Positions 21,093-30,612 of a stretch of DNA of 64,000 nt are shown one piece after another. The position numbers were made by a program, and so were the translations under genes. The first letter of the stretch is position 1; every line of letters begins with the position of its first letter. The notes below the pieces were generated by a model. The model was given only the letters and a program-made list of their open reading frames with translations. It made no database searches and had not been told where the DNA came from. This DNA comes from Acholeplasmataceae bacterium (GTDB taxonomy: Bacteria > Bacillota_I > Bacilli_A > ML615J-28 > CAG-313), in contig DUPC01000006.1 of NCBI GenBank assembly GCA_012838545.1, positions 7,903-71,902 of the forward strand, read 5' to 3'.

Positions 21093-21686
21093 TTATACAT
21101 TTATTTTGATTTTGCCTTGCCGAAGTACGCAAAAAGGTGTTTTTGTTACGTCGATAACTGTGGATGACAATTTCGACAAAGTAACCTTGTCCGTAATAAG
21201 ATAGTCGATTTGGTCCCCGAATTGAGCTTCGATTTCCTCAACACTGTTGAGCGGTGGCTGCCCGCTAATATTGATGCTTGTAGTAGCAAGCGGTCCAAAA
21301 TGGCGCAGGATGTTTAAGGTAACTATCGAATTTGGCATCCTAAAACCGATGGTTGGAAGATTCATGGTTAAGGCGGAAGGAACATGAGCCGCTTTTTCAA
21401 AAATCAGCGTTAGTTCTCCCGGCCAATATTGAGCCATTATCTTTAACGCGTCTTCGGTAACTGCTTTTACATAAGGGTAAATATCGTCGATGTTTGCCAC
21501 AAGAATCGCCAAAGGCTTAAGTTCAACTCGATGCTTGATTTGGTATATCTTTTGTTGTCCTTCATAGTCATCAACCAAAGCTCCGATACCATAAACGCTA
21601 TCCGTGGGAAAAACAATGACTTTTCCCCTTAGGGTTTCTTTGGGAAGTAGGCAAAATTCCCGACTAGTCATTTTCATCTTCATCAT
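21093..21686 (-). CDS. tsaC: L-threonylcarbamoyladenylate synthase (YrdC/YwlC/TsaC)
   Basis: 197 aa; YrdC-domain motifs (VIVFPTDSVYGIGA...). Confidence 0.85.
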   Translation of the reverse strand: MMKMKMTSREFCLLPKETLRGKVIVFPTDSVYGIGALVDDYEGQQKIYQIKHRVELKPLAILVANIDDIYPYVKAVTEDALKIMAQYWPGELTLIFEKAAHVPSALTMNLPTIGFRMPNSIVTLNILRHFGPLATTSINISGQPPLNSVEEIEAQFGDQIDYLITDKVTLSKLSSTVIDVTKTPFCVLRQGKIKINV

Positions 21687-22500
21687 CTTCCTCGGCCCAA
21701 ATTGATCTTAACGCGGCATTCAAATCGTTTTCGGATATTTTGCCTGCTTTGTAGGCTTTAAACAAGTCATCAATTTGTTCCTCTTTGGTTTTCTTTTCCT
21801 CATAGTCGACGGAATAATCGGCAGGATCAATTTCCCAAATTCTCCTTTCTACCTCAGCTTCAGAGTCTGGGGTTTGGTCAACAAAAATATATTCGAAATT
21901 TTTTCTTCTTTGTTCTATTGCTTGGGGAGAAAAAATACCCTTTTTCTTCCGGAAGACGATTATCAAGATAAATACAAAAAGCAAACTTATTCCCATAAAA
22001 ATTAAAATTCCCACCACTAACAGAGTCGAAAATTTGATTGTCCAGGTGCTGGCTGGAAATTCGTTTAAGTCCTTTCCTTGAATTGCTACTTGTTTAAAGT
22101 CATTGATATCGCTAGGAATGTCGATATCATATTGCTTAAAGAGCGTGCTTTGGGTTGAGGTTACAACTTGAAGTTCCACTTTAGTTCCCTTACCTACTTT
22201 GCGTTGATAAAAGTAACCCCTGCTGTTAGATGACGCAAGGCTTGAAGTTTTGCCTTCAGAAATTAACACAAGATGATGACTTTGCGAACTGCTGACGTTC
22301 TCATAAAAAATGCTTAAAGAAAATTGTTCCCCAATTAAACCCAAAAAAACATTAATTCTTACGGCAGTCGTTTCCTCCGCTATTATCTCTTGATAATATT
22401 GGTAATTGTCATGAACAGCACTTTTAAAAGCATCATTGTCATGCGTGGAAACAAGTCCTAGAGCAAACATTACCAATAATAATATTTTCATGTCAATCAC
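21664..22500 (-). CDS. hypothetical single-pass membrane protein with acidic C-terminal tail
   Basis: 278 aa; signal peptide, one TM around residue 165, C-terminus EEDDEDEND. Overlaps the tsaC start by 23 nt. Confidence 0.45.
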   Translation of the reverse strand: MIDMKILLLVMFALGLVSTHDNDAFKSAVHDNYQYYQEIIAEETTAVRINVFLGLIGEQFSLSIFYENVSSSQSHHLVLISEGKTSSLASSNSRGYFYQRKVGKGTKVELQVVTSTQSTLFKQYDIDIPSDINDFKQVAIQGKDLNEFPASTWTIKFSTLLVVGILIFMGISLLFVFILIIVFRKKKGIFSPQAIEQRRKNFEYIFVDQTPDSEAEVERRIWEIDPADYSVDYEEKKTKEEQIDDLFKAYKAGKISENDLNAALRSIWAEEDDEDEND

Positions 22501-23344
22501 TTCCTATTTCTATCAAGGTTATTCGGGTTTTTCCTTGCAAATCAGGGTATGAAGAAACTTCGCAATTAGGAAAATAAGTTTTTGCGATTTTCTTAATTTG
22601 TTTACTTTGGTCAAACCCGTGTTCAAAGGCAATTAAACTTGGAGAAATTAAAACTCCTTTAGCATCTTTTAAGATATTCCGAAAAGAATCCAACCCATCC
22701 TCCCCAGAAAATAAAGCTAAGGGCGGTTCATGCATTAGAACATCTTGGTTAACCGGACCTGATATGGGAATATAAGGGGGATTGGACACAATGATATTAA
22801 CTTTTTTATCTGCTTCGATTAAAGGTTCTAACCAATTGCCAAGCAAAAAGTCTATCGATAGTTTATGCTTTTGGGCATTTGCTTTTGCAATATCTATGGC
22901 TTTTTCCGACACATCGGTGGCGATTACTTGAACTGCGGGGCAATTTTTCTTTATGGCAAGGGCAATAGCTCCGCTACCGGTTCCTAAATCGACCAGGCAT
23001 AAATTATTTTGACCTGATTTCTTTATCCAATGTAAAATGCGTTCCACCAACTCTTCGGTTTCAAAACGGGGTATTAAGACATCTTGACTAATAGTCAGTT
23101 CCAACCCGAAAAAGCTGGTTGTTTTTAGCAAGTATTGGACAGGCTTCAACTGATAAATGTATTGTTTGATAAGTTCCGTTAGGGTTGCTGACTCCGCTTC
23201 GGGAATCGGTTCATGCCATGATAAAACAAAATCGGAAAAATTTTTCTTCGTAACCGCCAGGAATAACCATTTAATCCCCGAGGTTTCTCGGTTTTGCTTT
23301 TCTGCTTCTTTTAAAGATTGATAATAAAATTTGCGATATGTCAT
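22493..23344 (-). CDS. prmC: release factor glutamine N5-methyltransferase
   Basis: 283 aa; NPPY motif (IIVSNPPYIP) and SAM-binding DLGTGSG. Confidence 0.85.
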   Translation of the reverse strand: MTYRKFYYQSLKEAEKQNRETSGIKWLFLAVTKKNFSDFVLSWHEPIPEAESATLTELIKQYIYQLKPVQYLLKTTSFFGLELTISQDVLIPRFETEELVERILHWIKKSGQNNLCLVDLGTGSGAIALAIKKNCPAVQVIATDVSEKAIDIAKANAQKHKLSIDFLLGNWLEPLIEADKKVNIIVSNPPYIPISGPVNQDVLMHEPPLALFSGEDGLDSFRNILKDAKGVLISPSLIAFEHGFDQSKQIKKIAKTYFPNCEVSSYPDLQGKTRITLIEIGSD

Positions 23345-23380
23345 GGCTAACCTCTATAAAAAGCAAGAAAAAGCACTGCT

Positions 23381-24448
23381 TTACTCGGCAGAGCCTTTTA
23401 GTGCTTGTTCTTGATCGTGGGCAATCAACGCTTCGATGACAGGGTCAAGTTTTCCTTCCATAACCCGGTCAAGCTGTTGAATGGTAAAACCAATACGATG
23501 GTCGGTAACGCGGTTTTGAGGATAATTGTAAGTTCGGATTTTTTCCGAACGGTCGCCGCGACCGACTTTCGATAACCGTTCTTGACCTTCTTTGGCTTCC
23601 TTCTCCGCAAGCATCCGTTCATATAAACGGGCCTGCAACACTTTCAAAGCATTGGCTTTGTTTTCGTGTTGGCTCTTGGCGTCTTGGCACGATACCACAA
23701 TTCCGCTAGGAATATGGGTTACCCGCACGGCTGATTTGGTGGTGTTGACGCTTTGACCCCCTGGACCCGAGGAACAGAAAGTATCAATTCTGACATCATT
23801 CATGTCAAGGTTGACTTCGATTTCATCGGCTTCCGGCATAACGAGCACGGTAGCGGTGGAGGTATGGATACGCCCTTGCGATTCGGTGGCAGGAACTCTT
23901 TGCACACGGTGGGAGCCCGATTCGTATTTTAGATAAGAATATACCGAATCACCAGCAACGGAAAAACTGATATAGCTAAATCCTCCCGCTTCCGATACTT
24001 GGGCATCCAAAAGTTCAGCTTTCCAACCTTTGGATTCAATGTATTTCATATACATCCGGTACAAGTCCCCCGCAAATATATTCGCTTCATCTCCTCCGGC
24101 TGCGCCTTGAATTTCGATGATAACGTCTTTTTCGTCATTTGGGTCTTTTGGGATTAACAAAATCCTAAGTTCTTCTTCAATTTTTACGATGTTTACAAGG
24201 CATTTTTCCAATTCTTCCTGTGCCATTTCACGAATATCAAGGTCTTCGTCTTTAACCAAAGTTTTTAAATCCTGTAACTCTTTTTCGGCGTTCAACAAAT
24301 CCTGATAGCGGGTAACGACCTTTTCAAGTTGGCGTTGTTCCTTGCTTAATTCTTTCAGTTTTTTTATGTCGCTTACGATCGATACATCGGATAACATCTG
24401 GTTGATTTGCTCATAGCGGTTTTTCATCCCTTCGAGTCGATCTTTCAT
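23381..24448 (-). CDS. prfA: peptide chain release factor 1
   Basis: 355 aa; GGQ motif (SGPGGQSVNTT) and PxT-type RF1 region. Confidence 0.95.
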   Translation of the reverse strand: MKDRLEGMKNRYEQINQMLSDVSIVSDIKKLKELSKEQRQLEKVVTRYQDLLNAEKELQDLKTLVKDEDLDIREMAQEELEKCLVNIVKIEEELRILLIPKDPNDEKDVIIEIQGAAGGDEANIFAGDLYRMYMKYIESKGWKAELLDAQVSEAGGFSYISFSVAGDSVYSYLKYESGSHRVQRVPATESQGRIHTSTATVLVMPEADEIEVNLDMNDVRIDTFCSSGPGGQSVNTTKSAVRVTHIPSGIVVSCQDAKSQHENKANALKVLQARLYERMLAEKEAKEGQERLSKVGRGDRSEKIRTYNYPQNRVTDHRIGFTIQQLDRVMEGKLDPVIEALIAHDQEQALKGSAE

Positions 24449-24469
24449 TAAAAATTCTCCTTCTCAATA

Positions 24470-25900
24470 TTATTCTTCTTCAGTGGTTTTTGGCGTCGGT
24501 CTTTTGACTTTAACCGTCGTAAATTTTTCTTCAATAAAACGCGATTCGCTTGGAATGAATTTATAATTGATATCACTCAAGGAACCTTGACGGTTTTTGG
24601 CAATCAAGAGATCAATGCTGATTTCTTGTGCTTCTTCTTCAATATTGCTGGCTTCGACAACTGCATATTCTACTTCTTCTTTTCCCTTCTTGCCGCGTTT
24701 CTTTTTGGCATCATCGGGACGATATAAGAACATTACAATGTCGGCATCTTGTTCGATACTTCCCGATTCCCGAAGGTCAGATAGCACCGGACGTTTTTCT
24801 TCCCGGGTTTCGACTAGCCGCGATAATTGCGACAAAGCAACAATTGGAACTTCCAATTCTTTGGCTAAAATCTTTAGGTTCCGGGATATTTTGGCAACTT
24901 CCGCTTGCCGGTTTTGTTCCCGATCAGGGGAAGTAATCAATTGCAAGTAGTCAATAATGACTAAATCCAATTTATCTTGGAGTTTGAGATCGCGGCACTT
25001 GGCGCGGATTTCATAGATATCGGATGCGTTCGATTCGTCAAAATAGATATTATGACTTTTCAAATCTTCCCGAGCATGTCCCAACAAAATCATTTCCCGT
25101 TCGGTTAAATCGCCCCGGCGGATTTTGGACATCGGGATAAAGGATTGAAAACTGAACAAACGCATCATCAATTGCTCGATACTCATTTCCAGCGAGAAAA
25201 ACGCAACGTGCGCTTTGTTTATTTTGGCGACATTAACCGCCAAGTTAAGCGCAAACGCAGATTTACCGACCGACGGACGGGCAGCCAAAATAATCAGTTC
25301 GCCTTTTTGCAAACCAAAAGTAGCTTTGTCCAACCGCTTAAAACCCGTCGATAAACCGGTAACGTTTGTTTTGTCGCTATGGAAACGTTCAATGTGCGAG
25401 AAAACCTGATGGGCGGCTTTTTCAATCGTTAAAAACTTGGAGGTTTTCCGTTTTTTGATTAAGCCTTGAATTCGGTCTTCGGTTTTGTCGAGAACTTGAT
25501 TAAACCCCATTCGTCCCAAAAGGATATCGTCAGATATTTCCCGCATTTGCCCCAATAATTCCCGCTCTACCGCTTTTTCGGCCACAATTTCCAAATAAGC
25601 TGGAAGCGGCACCGTGGACGGAACCAAATCGATTAAGTTAAAGATATAATCCCTTGGGTCAACATTTATGTTTTTGCCGGTACGGCGAATCGCATCAATT
25701 AAGGTGGCAAATTCAATCCGGGCATTTTCCTTAAAGAGGATAACCATCGCTTCATAAATTATTTTATGGTTTTCGTCATAGAAATCCCGGGCATCGAGTT
25801 TTCCGATGACCGTATTCATTAAATTGTTGTCAATTAGTATACTGCCTAACACATAGGCTTCCGCTTCATGATTAAAGGGAACGCTGCGTATTTGTTCCAT
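24470..25900 (-). CDS. dnaB: replicative DNA helicase (DnaB family)
   Basis: 476 aa; Walker A AARPSVGKSAFAL; DnaB N- and C-terminal domains. Confidence 0.95.
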   Translation of the reverse strand: MEQIRSVPFNHEAEAYVLGSILIDNNLMNTVIGKLDARDFYDENHKIIYEAMVILFKENARIEFATLIDAIRRTGKNINVDPRDYIFNLIDLVPSTVPLPAYLEIVAEKAVERELLGQMREISDDILLGRMGFNQVLDKTEDRIQGLIKKRKTSKFLTIEKAAHQVFSHIERFHSDKTNVTGLSTGFKRLDKATFGLQKGELIILAARPSVGKSAFALNLAVNVAKINKAHVAFFSLEMSIEQLMMRLFSFQSFIPMSKIRRGDLTEREMILLGHAREDLKSHNIYFDESNASDIYEIRAKCRDLKLQDKLDLVIIDYLQLITSPDREQNRQAEVAKISRNLKILAKELEVPIVALSQLSRLVETREEKRPVLSDLRESGSIEQDADIVMFLYRPDDAKKKRGKKGKEEVEYAVVEASNIEEEAQEISIDLLIAKNRQGSLSDINYKFIPSESRFIEEKFTTVKVKRPTPKTTEEE

Positions 25901-25903
25901 GGT

Positions 25904-26350
25904 TTACTCCTTTTCAACCACATAAAGACGAATGGTAGCAACCACTTCTTTATGAAGTTGAATCGGGATATCGTAAGTGCCCAAAGCGGTAATGCTTTCC
26001 ACCGAGTTGATTTTCCGTTTGTCCAAGGAAATTTCCGTTTCTTTTTCAAAAGTATCCACGACTTGTTTCATGGAAACAGAACCGAAAAGTTTTCCCTCGC
26101 TGCCTACCCGAACGCCGATTTTGATTGGGGTGGCTTCAATCAGTTTCTTGAGTTCTTTCATTTCTTGCAAGTGCTTTTCGGCTTTGATTTCGTTTTCGCG
26201 TTTTTCGCGTTCCAAAGTCTTTAAGTTTTCAGCGGATGCAATAACCGCTTGACCATTGCGAATCAAATGGTTGGCAAAACCAGGTTGTAAATCGATAATG
26301 TCGCCGCGTTTTCCCCGGCCTTTTACTTCTTTTATCAATATTACCTTCAT
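25904..26350 (-). CDS. rplI: 50S ribosomal protein L9 (own RBS; in frame with upstream gdpP, no intervening stop)
   Basis: 148 aa MKVILIKEVKGRGKRGDIIDLQPGFANHLI...; RBS GGAGAAAGAGGA 6 nt upstream of the ATG at rc 26348-26350. Confidence 0.9.
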   Translation of the reverse strand: MKVILIKEVKGRGKRGDIIDLQPGFANHLIRNGQAVIASAENLKTLEREKRENEIKAEKHLQEMKELKKLIEATPIKIGVRVGSEGKLFGSVSMKQVVDTFEKETEISLDKRKINSVESITALGTYDIPIQLHKEVVATIRLYVVEKE

Positions 26351-28348
26351 ATTTTCCTCTTTCTCCAAATATTCATCCATTATTTGTTTAATTTGCTTAA
26401 CAACGGTCGGAATATCGGAATCTTTTATTTGCGCCGCTGCATTATTCAAATGCCCGCCACCGCCTAAGCGTTCCATGATAACTTGGACATTTACTTCGCC
26501 TAGGCTTCTGGCACTGATTCCAACTTCGTTTTCGCCGATGTAACCGACGGTAAAACCGACGCTGATTCCCATAATCGAGATGATTTCATCGGATATCTTG
26601 GCTAAGGTAGCCCGTTCGTAAATAGTAGTGTTACGGCTTGCGGCGATGCCCACTTTATCTTTATAAATTTCCAAATTGTCCAAAAATTCGTTGCGCATCA
26701 TTTTTTCGGTCATATTTTCTTTTAAGTATTTCTTGACAAGCATCATGTTTGCGCCATGGCGTTTTAGAATAGCCGCAACCTCAAAGGTTTTATCGCTGGT
26801 ACGATAGATGAAGTTGTTGGTGTCCACGATGATACCAATCAACATCCAAGTAGCTTCCAATTCGTCAAGTTCGATTTCGCCGTCATAAAACTGCAATAAC
26901 TCAACCACCAACTCCACGCTTGAGGAAGCCGAAGTTTTGGAATAGTAGAAGTTCGGTTTGGTGATGGCACCTTGTCCTTTTCGGTGATGGTCGATAACCG
27001 CTACTTTTTTGGCTCTCTTTAAAACTTTCGGATCAATTACCAGCCATTCGGCTTGACAGTCGACCACGACCAATAAACTCTCGTCGTCGATTAACTTTTG
27101 AGCTTCACCGGGATTTACGATATCTCTCATTAAACCAATGTATTCTTTGTTAATGGAGTCATAAATCCGTTCCACGGTAATGTCCATGCTTCGGGGTTCC
27201 AAAATCATATAGGCGGTTTTGTCCATCGATTTTGCTAATTTATAGATTCCTAAAGTAGCCCCAAATCCGTCTGCATCCAGCGCTTTATGTCCCATGACAA
27301 AGACGGAACTTGCTTGCTTAATTAAATCTTGAAGTTCTTCGCTCTTAACGCGGATTTCGACTTTGGAATCCTTCTGCAAAGCATCGGTTTTGGCCCCAAA
27401 GTAATAGGTATGGTCTTGAAGCTTGACAATCGCTTGGTCACCCCCGCGGTTTAAAGCTAAATCCAACTGTTCTAGCGCCACTTTCGACAAATCGTCAATA
27501 TTGATATCCAAACAGGCGATTCCGATACTCAAACTGATGCGAATCAGTTTGGTGCCCCGCCATACGGTTTTGATATCGTCTAAAATGACGAAATTCGACT
27601 TCATAATTTCGTTTAATTGTTGTTGGTCCATCAGAATCAAAAACCGGTTGTCGCTATATGCGCGAACATATATTCCGAAACTCTCCGACCATTTGGCAAT
27701 AATACCGATAATTTTGCCCATGTATTCGGCGCGTTCCTGAACGTCAAAATCGACCAACGCTTCTTCAAGGTTATCAATATTGATATAACCGATTCCCATA
27801 ATCCGATTGGTGTATTTGGTTTCCATTTGAACCATTTCGGTGATATCGGAAAAATAAACAACATTGTGTTCTTGAATATATATGACTTTGTAGACTTTGC
27901 CGTAAATATCGACCACAAATTCTTTTTCGCCTTGGTTTAAGGACAAAAAGACTTGTTGCGAAATGTTTTCCAAATTGATTTTTTCTAAGGGACTCAAAAA
28001 GATGCGTTTTGCGGCTTTATTGGCCCACATTACGGTATATTGATTGTTAATAACAATAATCCCTATCGGCAATTCGTTAAAAGCAGTTTCGCCGGCTTTT
28101 TTAACTTTGTAGGAAATATTATTCCATAAGCCTAAGCGGTTTTCCAACATCCGTTCGCGTTTTAATTGCACCCGCCGTTGGAAACGGCTGATTAAATTCG
28201 CTAAGGAAGCAACCAAAACAACTAGCATGATGTAGGTGATGTATTCCGCATTCGGAATCGTTGAACGGCTAAAAAAAACCGTTCCCACAGCCGATCCTAA
28301 AGAAAAAAGGATTAAGATGAATGTTGTGAAACTCAGCGATTTCTTCAT
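26351..28348 (-). CDS. gdpP: cyclic-di-AMP phosphodiesterase GdpP (TM, PAS-like, degenerate GGDEF, DHH-DHHA1); no stop codon, reads through into rplI
   Basis: 666 aa before the L9 Met. Two N-terminal TM helices; DHH motifs (VIDHH) and GGGH in DHHA1. The listed ORF 25904-28348 is one 814-aa frame. Confidence 0.85.
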
Positions 28349-28382
28349 ATCCTATCACCTTTATTTTTTTACCAATTATTTG

Positions 28383-28420
28383 TAAATGCAAATTGCAAAT
28401 GCAAATTGCATATGCAAAGA
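28383..28420. repeat. degenerate tandem TGCAAAT/ATGCAAAT heptamer repeats in the gdpP 5' leader
   Basis: ATGCAAAT TGCAAAT GCAAAT TGCATAT GCAAAG read directly. Lies between a TGcTATAAT -10 element and the gdpP RBS, both on the minus strand. Confidence 0.6.
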
Positions 28421-28527
28421 CAATTTACAATATATTGTATGTTATCTTATTATAGCACACGCGCCCCAAAATATAAAGTAATTTGGTAAATGTGGGAAAA
28501 AATAACTTAATAATATGGCTGTTTAAA

Positions 28528-28553
28528 CGAAAAGAAAACCACCTAGAAGGTGG
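28528..28553 (-). terminator. rho-independent terminator downstream of rpsR
   Basis: CCACCT-aga-AGGTGG perfect stem; on the minus strand it is followed by TTTTCTTTT. Confidence 0.7.
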
Positions 28554-28559
28554 CAAAAA

Positions 28560-28590
28560 ACAAAGTTTTAACAAAGTTTTAACAAAGTTA
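28560..28590. repeat. 2.8 copies of the 11-mer ACAAAGTTTTA in tandem, overlapping the rpsR stop codon
   Basis: acaaagtttta acaaagtttta acaaagtta read directly. Confidence 0.7.
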
Positions 28591-28809
28591 TTCTTTGACA
28601 AATGGTAATAAAGCCATATGACGCGCGCGTTTAATCGCTGTGGCAAGTTCTCTTTGATAAATTGCTTTTGTGCCCGTAATACGACGTGGTAAAATCTTCC
28701 CCCGATCGGAAATGAAGCGTCTTAAAAGGTCAGCCTCTTTCCAATCAATTTTGGTGATTTTATTGTCAGTAAAATAACAGGTTTTTTTGCGTCTTTTAAA
28801 TACTGCCAT
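28588..28809 (-). CDS. rpsR: 30S ribosomal protein S18
   Basis: 73 aa; [14 protein letters not shown]... canonical S18. Confidence 0.9.
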   Translation of the reverse strand: MAVFKRRKKTCYFTDNKITKIDWKEADLLRRFISDRGKILPRRITGTKAIYQRELATAIKRARHMALLPFVKE

Positions 28810-28827
28810 GTTTTAACCTCCTATTAT

Positions 28828-29406
28828 TTAAAATGGTAAATCATCATCGTCACCAAATCCATATTGTTCCATTAGATCATCGTCATTGGCCTTTTCTTTG
28901 CTTTTCGGCGTTTCATGACGAGAAAATTCATCATCATATGGAGAACGATTTTGATTGGTTGGACGGGGAGTATGTCCCCCTTGTTGAAATTCGTCACTAT
29001 AAGGAGAACGGGTTTGTCCCTGAGGACGCGGACGGGTTGCGGGGGCATCTTGGTAAGGAGCAAATGTATCGCCATATTCGCCAGAGCTGGCGGATTTTGG
29101 TTCCAAAAAGGTAATTTGGTCACATACCACTTTGACGCTGGTTCTTCTGGTTCCATCTTGAGCATCGTAAGAATCAACTTGAATACGTCCTTCGATGCCG
29201 ATTTGCGAACCCTTGCGCATATAACGACTTAGGTTTTCCGCTTGACGGTTAAAGGCAACGCAATTGATAAAATCAGCTTCGCGTACACCCGTGGTGGATG
29301 TAAAGCTTCTGTTCACCGCAATCGTAAAATTAACATATGGAACACTACCCGAGGTGCGTAGTTCCGGATCGCGAGTCAAGCGTCCAACTAAAATTACACG
29401 ATTCAT
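28828..29406 (-). CDS. ssb: single-stranded DNA-binding protein
   Basis: 192 aa; OB-fold N-terminus MNRVILVGRLTRDPELR, Gly/Pro-rich linker, C-terminal DDDLPF tail. Confidence 0.9.
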   Translation of the reverse strand: MNRVILVGRLTRDPELRTSGSVPYVNFTIAVNRSFTSTTGVREADFINCVAFNRQAENLSRYMRKGSQIGIEGRIQVDSYDAQDGTRRTSVKVVCDQITFLEPKSASSGEYGDTFAPYQDAPATRPRPQGQTRSPYSDEFQQGGHTPRPTNQNRSPYDDEFSRHETPKSKEKANDDDLMEQYGFGDDDDLPF

Positions 29407-29431
29407 ATTTTCCTCCCTATTTTCTTTATAG

Positions 29432-29713
29432 CTACTCCGCTACAACGATGTGACGAATGATTGTTTCTTTGATATTAGCGATATAATTGAATTCTGCTAC
29501 AGCTTTTGGCGTAGCTTCAACATTGAGAAGGACATAGTATCCTTTCTTGCAGTTGTCAATCTCATACGCTAAGTCTCTCAAACCCCATTCACTGACTTTT
29601 GTAACAGTAGAATCGTGGTTGGTAAAAACTTGATTTACCTCAGCGATCAAACTATTACGTTCTTCTTCTTCCACTTCTGGGCGAATGATGTACATAACTT
29701 CGTACTTTTTCAT
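29432..29713 (-). CDS. rpsF: 30S ribosomal protein S6
   Basis: 93 aa MKKYEVMYIIRP...; rpsF-ssb-rpsR synteny. Confidence 0.9.
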   Translation of the reverse strand: MKKYEVMYIIRPEVEEEERNSLIAEVNQVFTNHDSTVTKVSEWGLRDLAYEIDNCKKGYYVLLNVEATPKAVAEFNYIANIKETIIRHIVVAE

Positions 29714-29886
29714 TCTTTACACCTCCTTTTGGTCTTTCGGCTTTTTCAAGCAAGGAGCAATTGAGCATCAAATTAAGATATTGTAGATTTCATCTATGGA
29801 TACAATCTATTTACTCAATCACACGCGCTATATTATATCATGTTTTTATTGAATTGTAAAGGCAAATGAATGTTTTATTTTTGCCC

Positions 29887-30573
29887 TTACAGGACATATA
29901 AATAGATTCCCGTCAAGTGGGTTACCGCCCCTAAAATCACACAAAAGTGCCAAATAAAATGGGCATATTTAAATTTTAAGGCAAAAAAGATTACTCCCAA
30001 ACTATAAAACAAACCGCCCATCACGATGTAGAAAAATAATCCGATATGGTTTTGCATCAGGTAAGGCAAAAAGATTAAGCCGCTCCAACCCAAAAGCAAA
30101 TAGATTATCGTATGGATGACAATCCAACGGGCGGGTGAAAAAACCGCTTTTATGACAATACCCACAAAAATCAAAGCCCATTGGATACCAAAAAAGATCC
30201 ATCCCTTGACTCCGCCAATAGTTAATAACAAGATTGGGCAATAGGTTCCGCCAATCAACAAGTAGATGGAACAGTGGTCAAAAATCCGGAACACTTTTTT
30301 AACGGTGGTGCCGTTTTTAAAGGCATGGTACAAGCAGCTCATGATGAAAAGCACAGTAAGTCCAAAACTGTAAAAACTGACCGCAAAATAAGCTAATGCC
30401 CCACTCGCCTTGATGTACATTAATATTATACCCACAAGCGCCACCAAAAAACCCATCCCGTGGGTGATGGCGTTGCCGATTTCTTCCCCTAATGATTGCG
30501 TTCTTTTAAGTTTATTGTTTTTTTCTATCATTTTAAAATCCTCATTTTCTGTCTTTGGATATATTAAAACCAA
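29887..30573 (-). CDS. hemolysin III / PAQR family membrane protein
   Basis: 228 aa (or 214 aa from the internal Met); seven TM helices and HlyIII motifs (HGxG..., HxF, H..C). Confidence 0.7.
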   Translation of the reverse strand: MVLIYPKTENEDFKMIEKNNKLKRTQSLGEEIGNAITHGMGFLVALVGIILMYIKASGALAYFAVSFYSFGLTVLFIMSCLYHAFKNGTTVKKVFRIFDHCSIYLLIGGTYCPILLLTIGGVKGWIFFGIQWALIFVGIVIKAVFSPARWIVIHTIIYLLLGWSGLIFLPYLMQNHIGLFFYIVMGGLFYSLGVIFFALKFKYAHFIWHFCVILGAVTHLTGIYLYVL

Positions 30574-30612
30574 TCCTATTTGATCCCAAAAATAGGATTG
30601 GTCCTTTTTTGC

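Noticed and set aside
24597-25409. Several 60-120 aa plus-strand ORFs inside dnaB.
   Set aside because: They are antisense shadow ORFs within a highly conserved helicase gene.
26256-27940. Plus-strand ORFs of 95-107 aa inside gdpP/rplI.
   Set aside because: They are antisense to a well-supported long gene. The composition is Ser/Phe/Ile-rich shadow-frame sequence.
26351-28348. A second diguanylate cyclase, given the GGDEF-like segment in the 814-aa ORF.
   Set aside because: The GGDEF-like region is the degenerate regulatory domain characteristic of GdpP. The DHH/DHHA1 phosphodiesterase domains follow it. It is not an active diguanylate cyclase.
28383-28420. Possible CRISPR array, given the repeated TGCAAAT units.
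   Set aside because: The units are 6-8 nt with no spacers of regular length, and no cas genes are nearby. It is a simple degenerate tandem repeat in a 5' leader.
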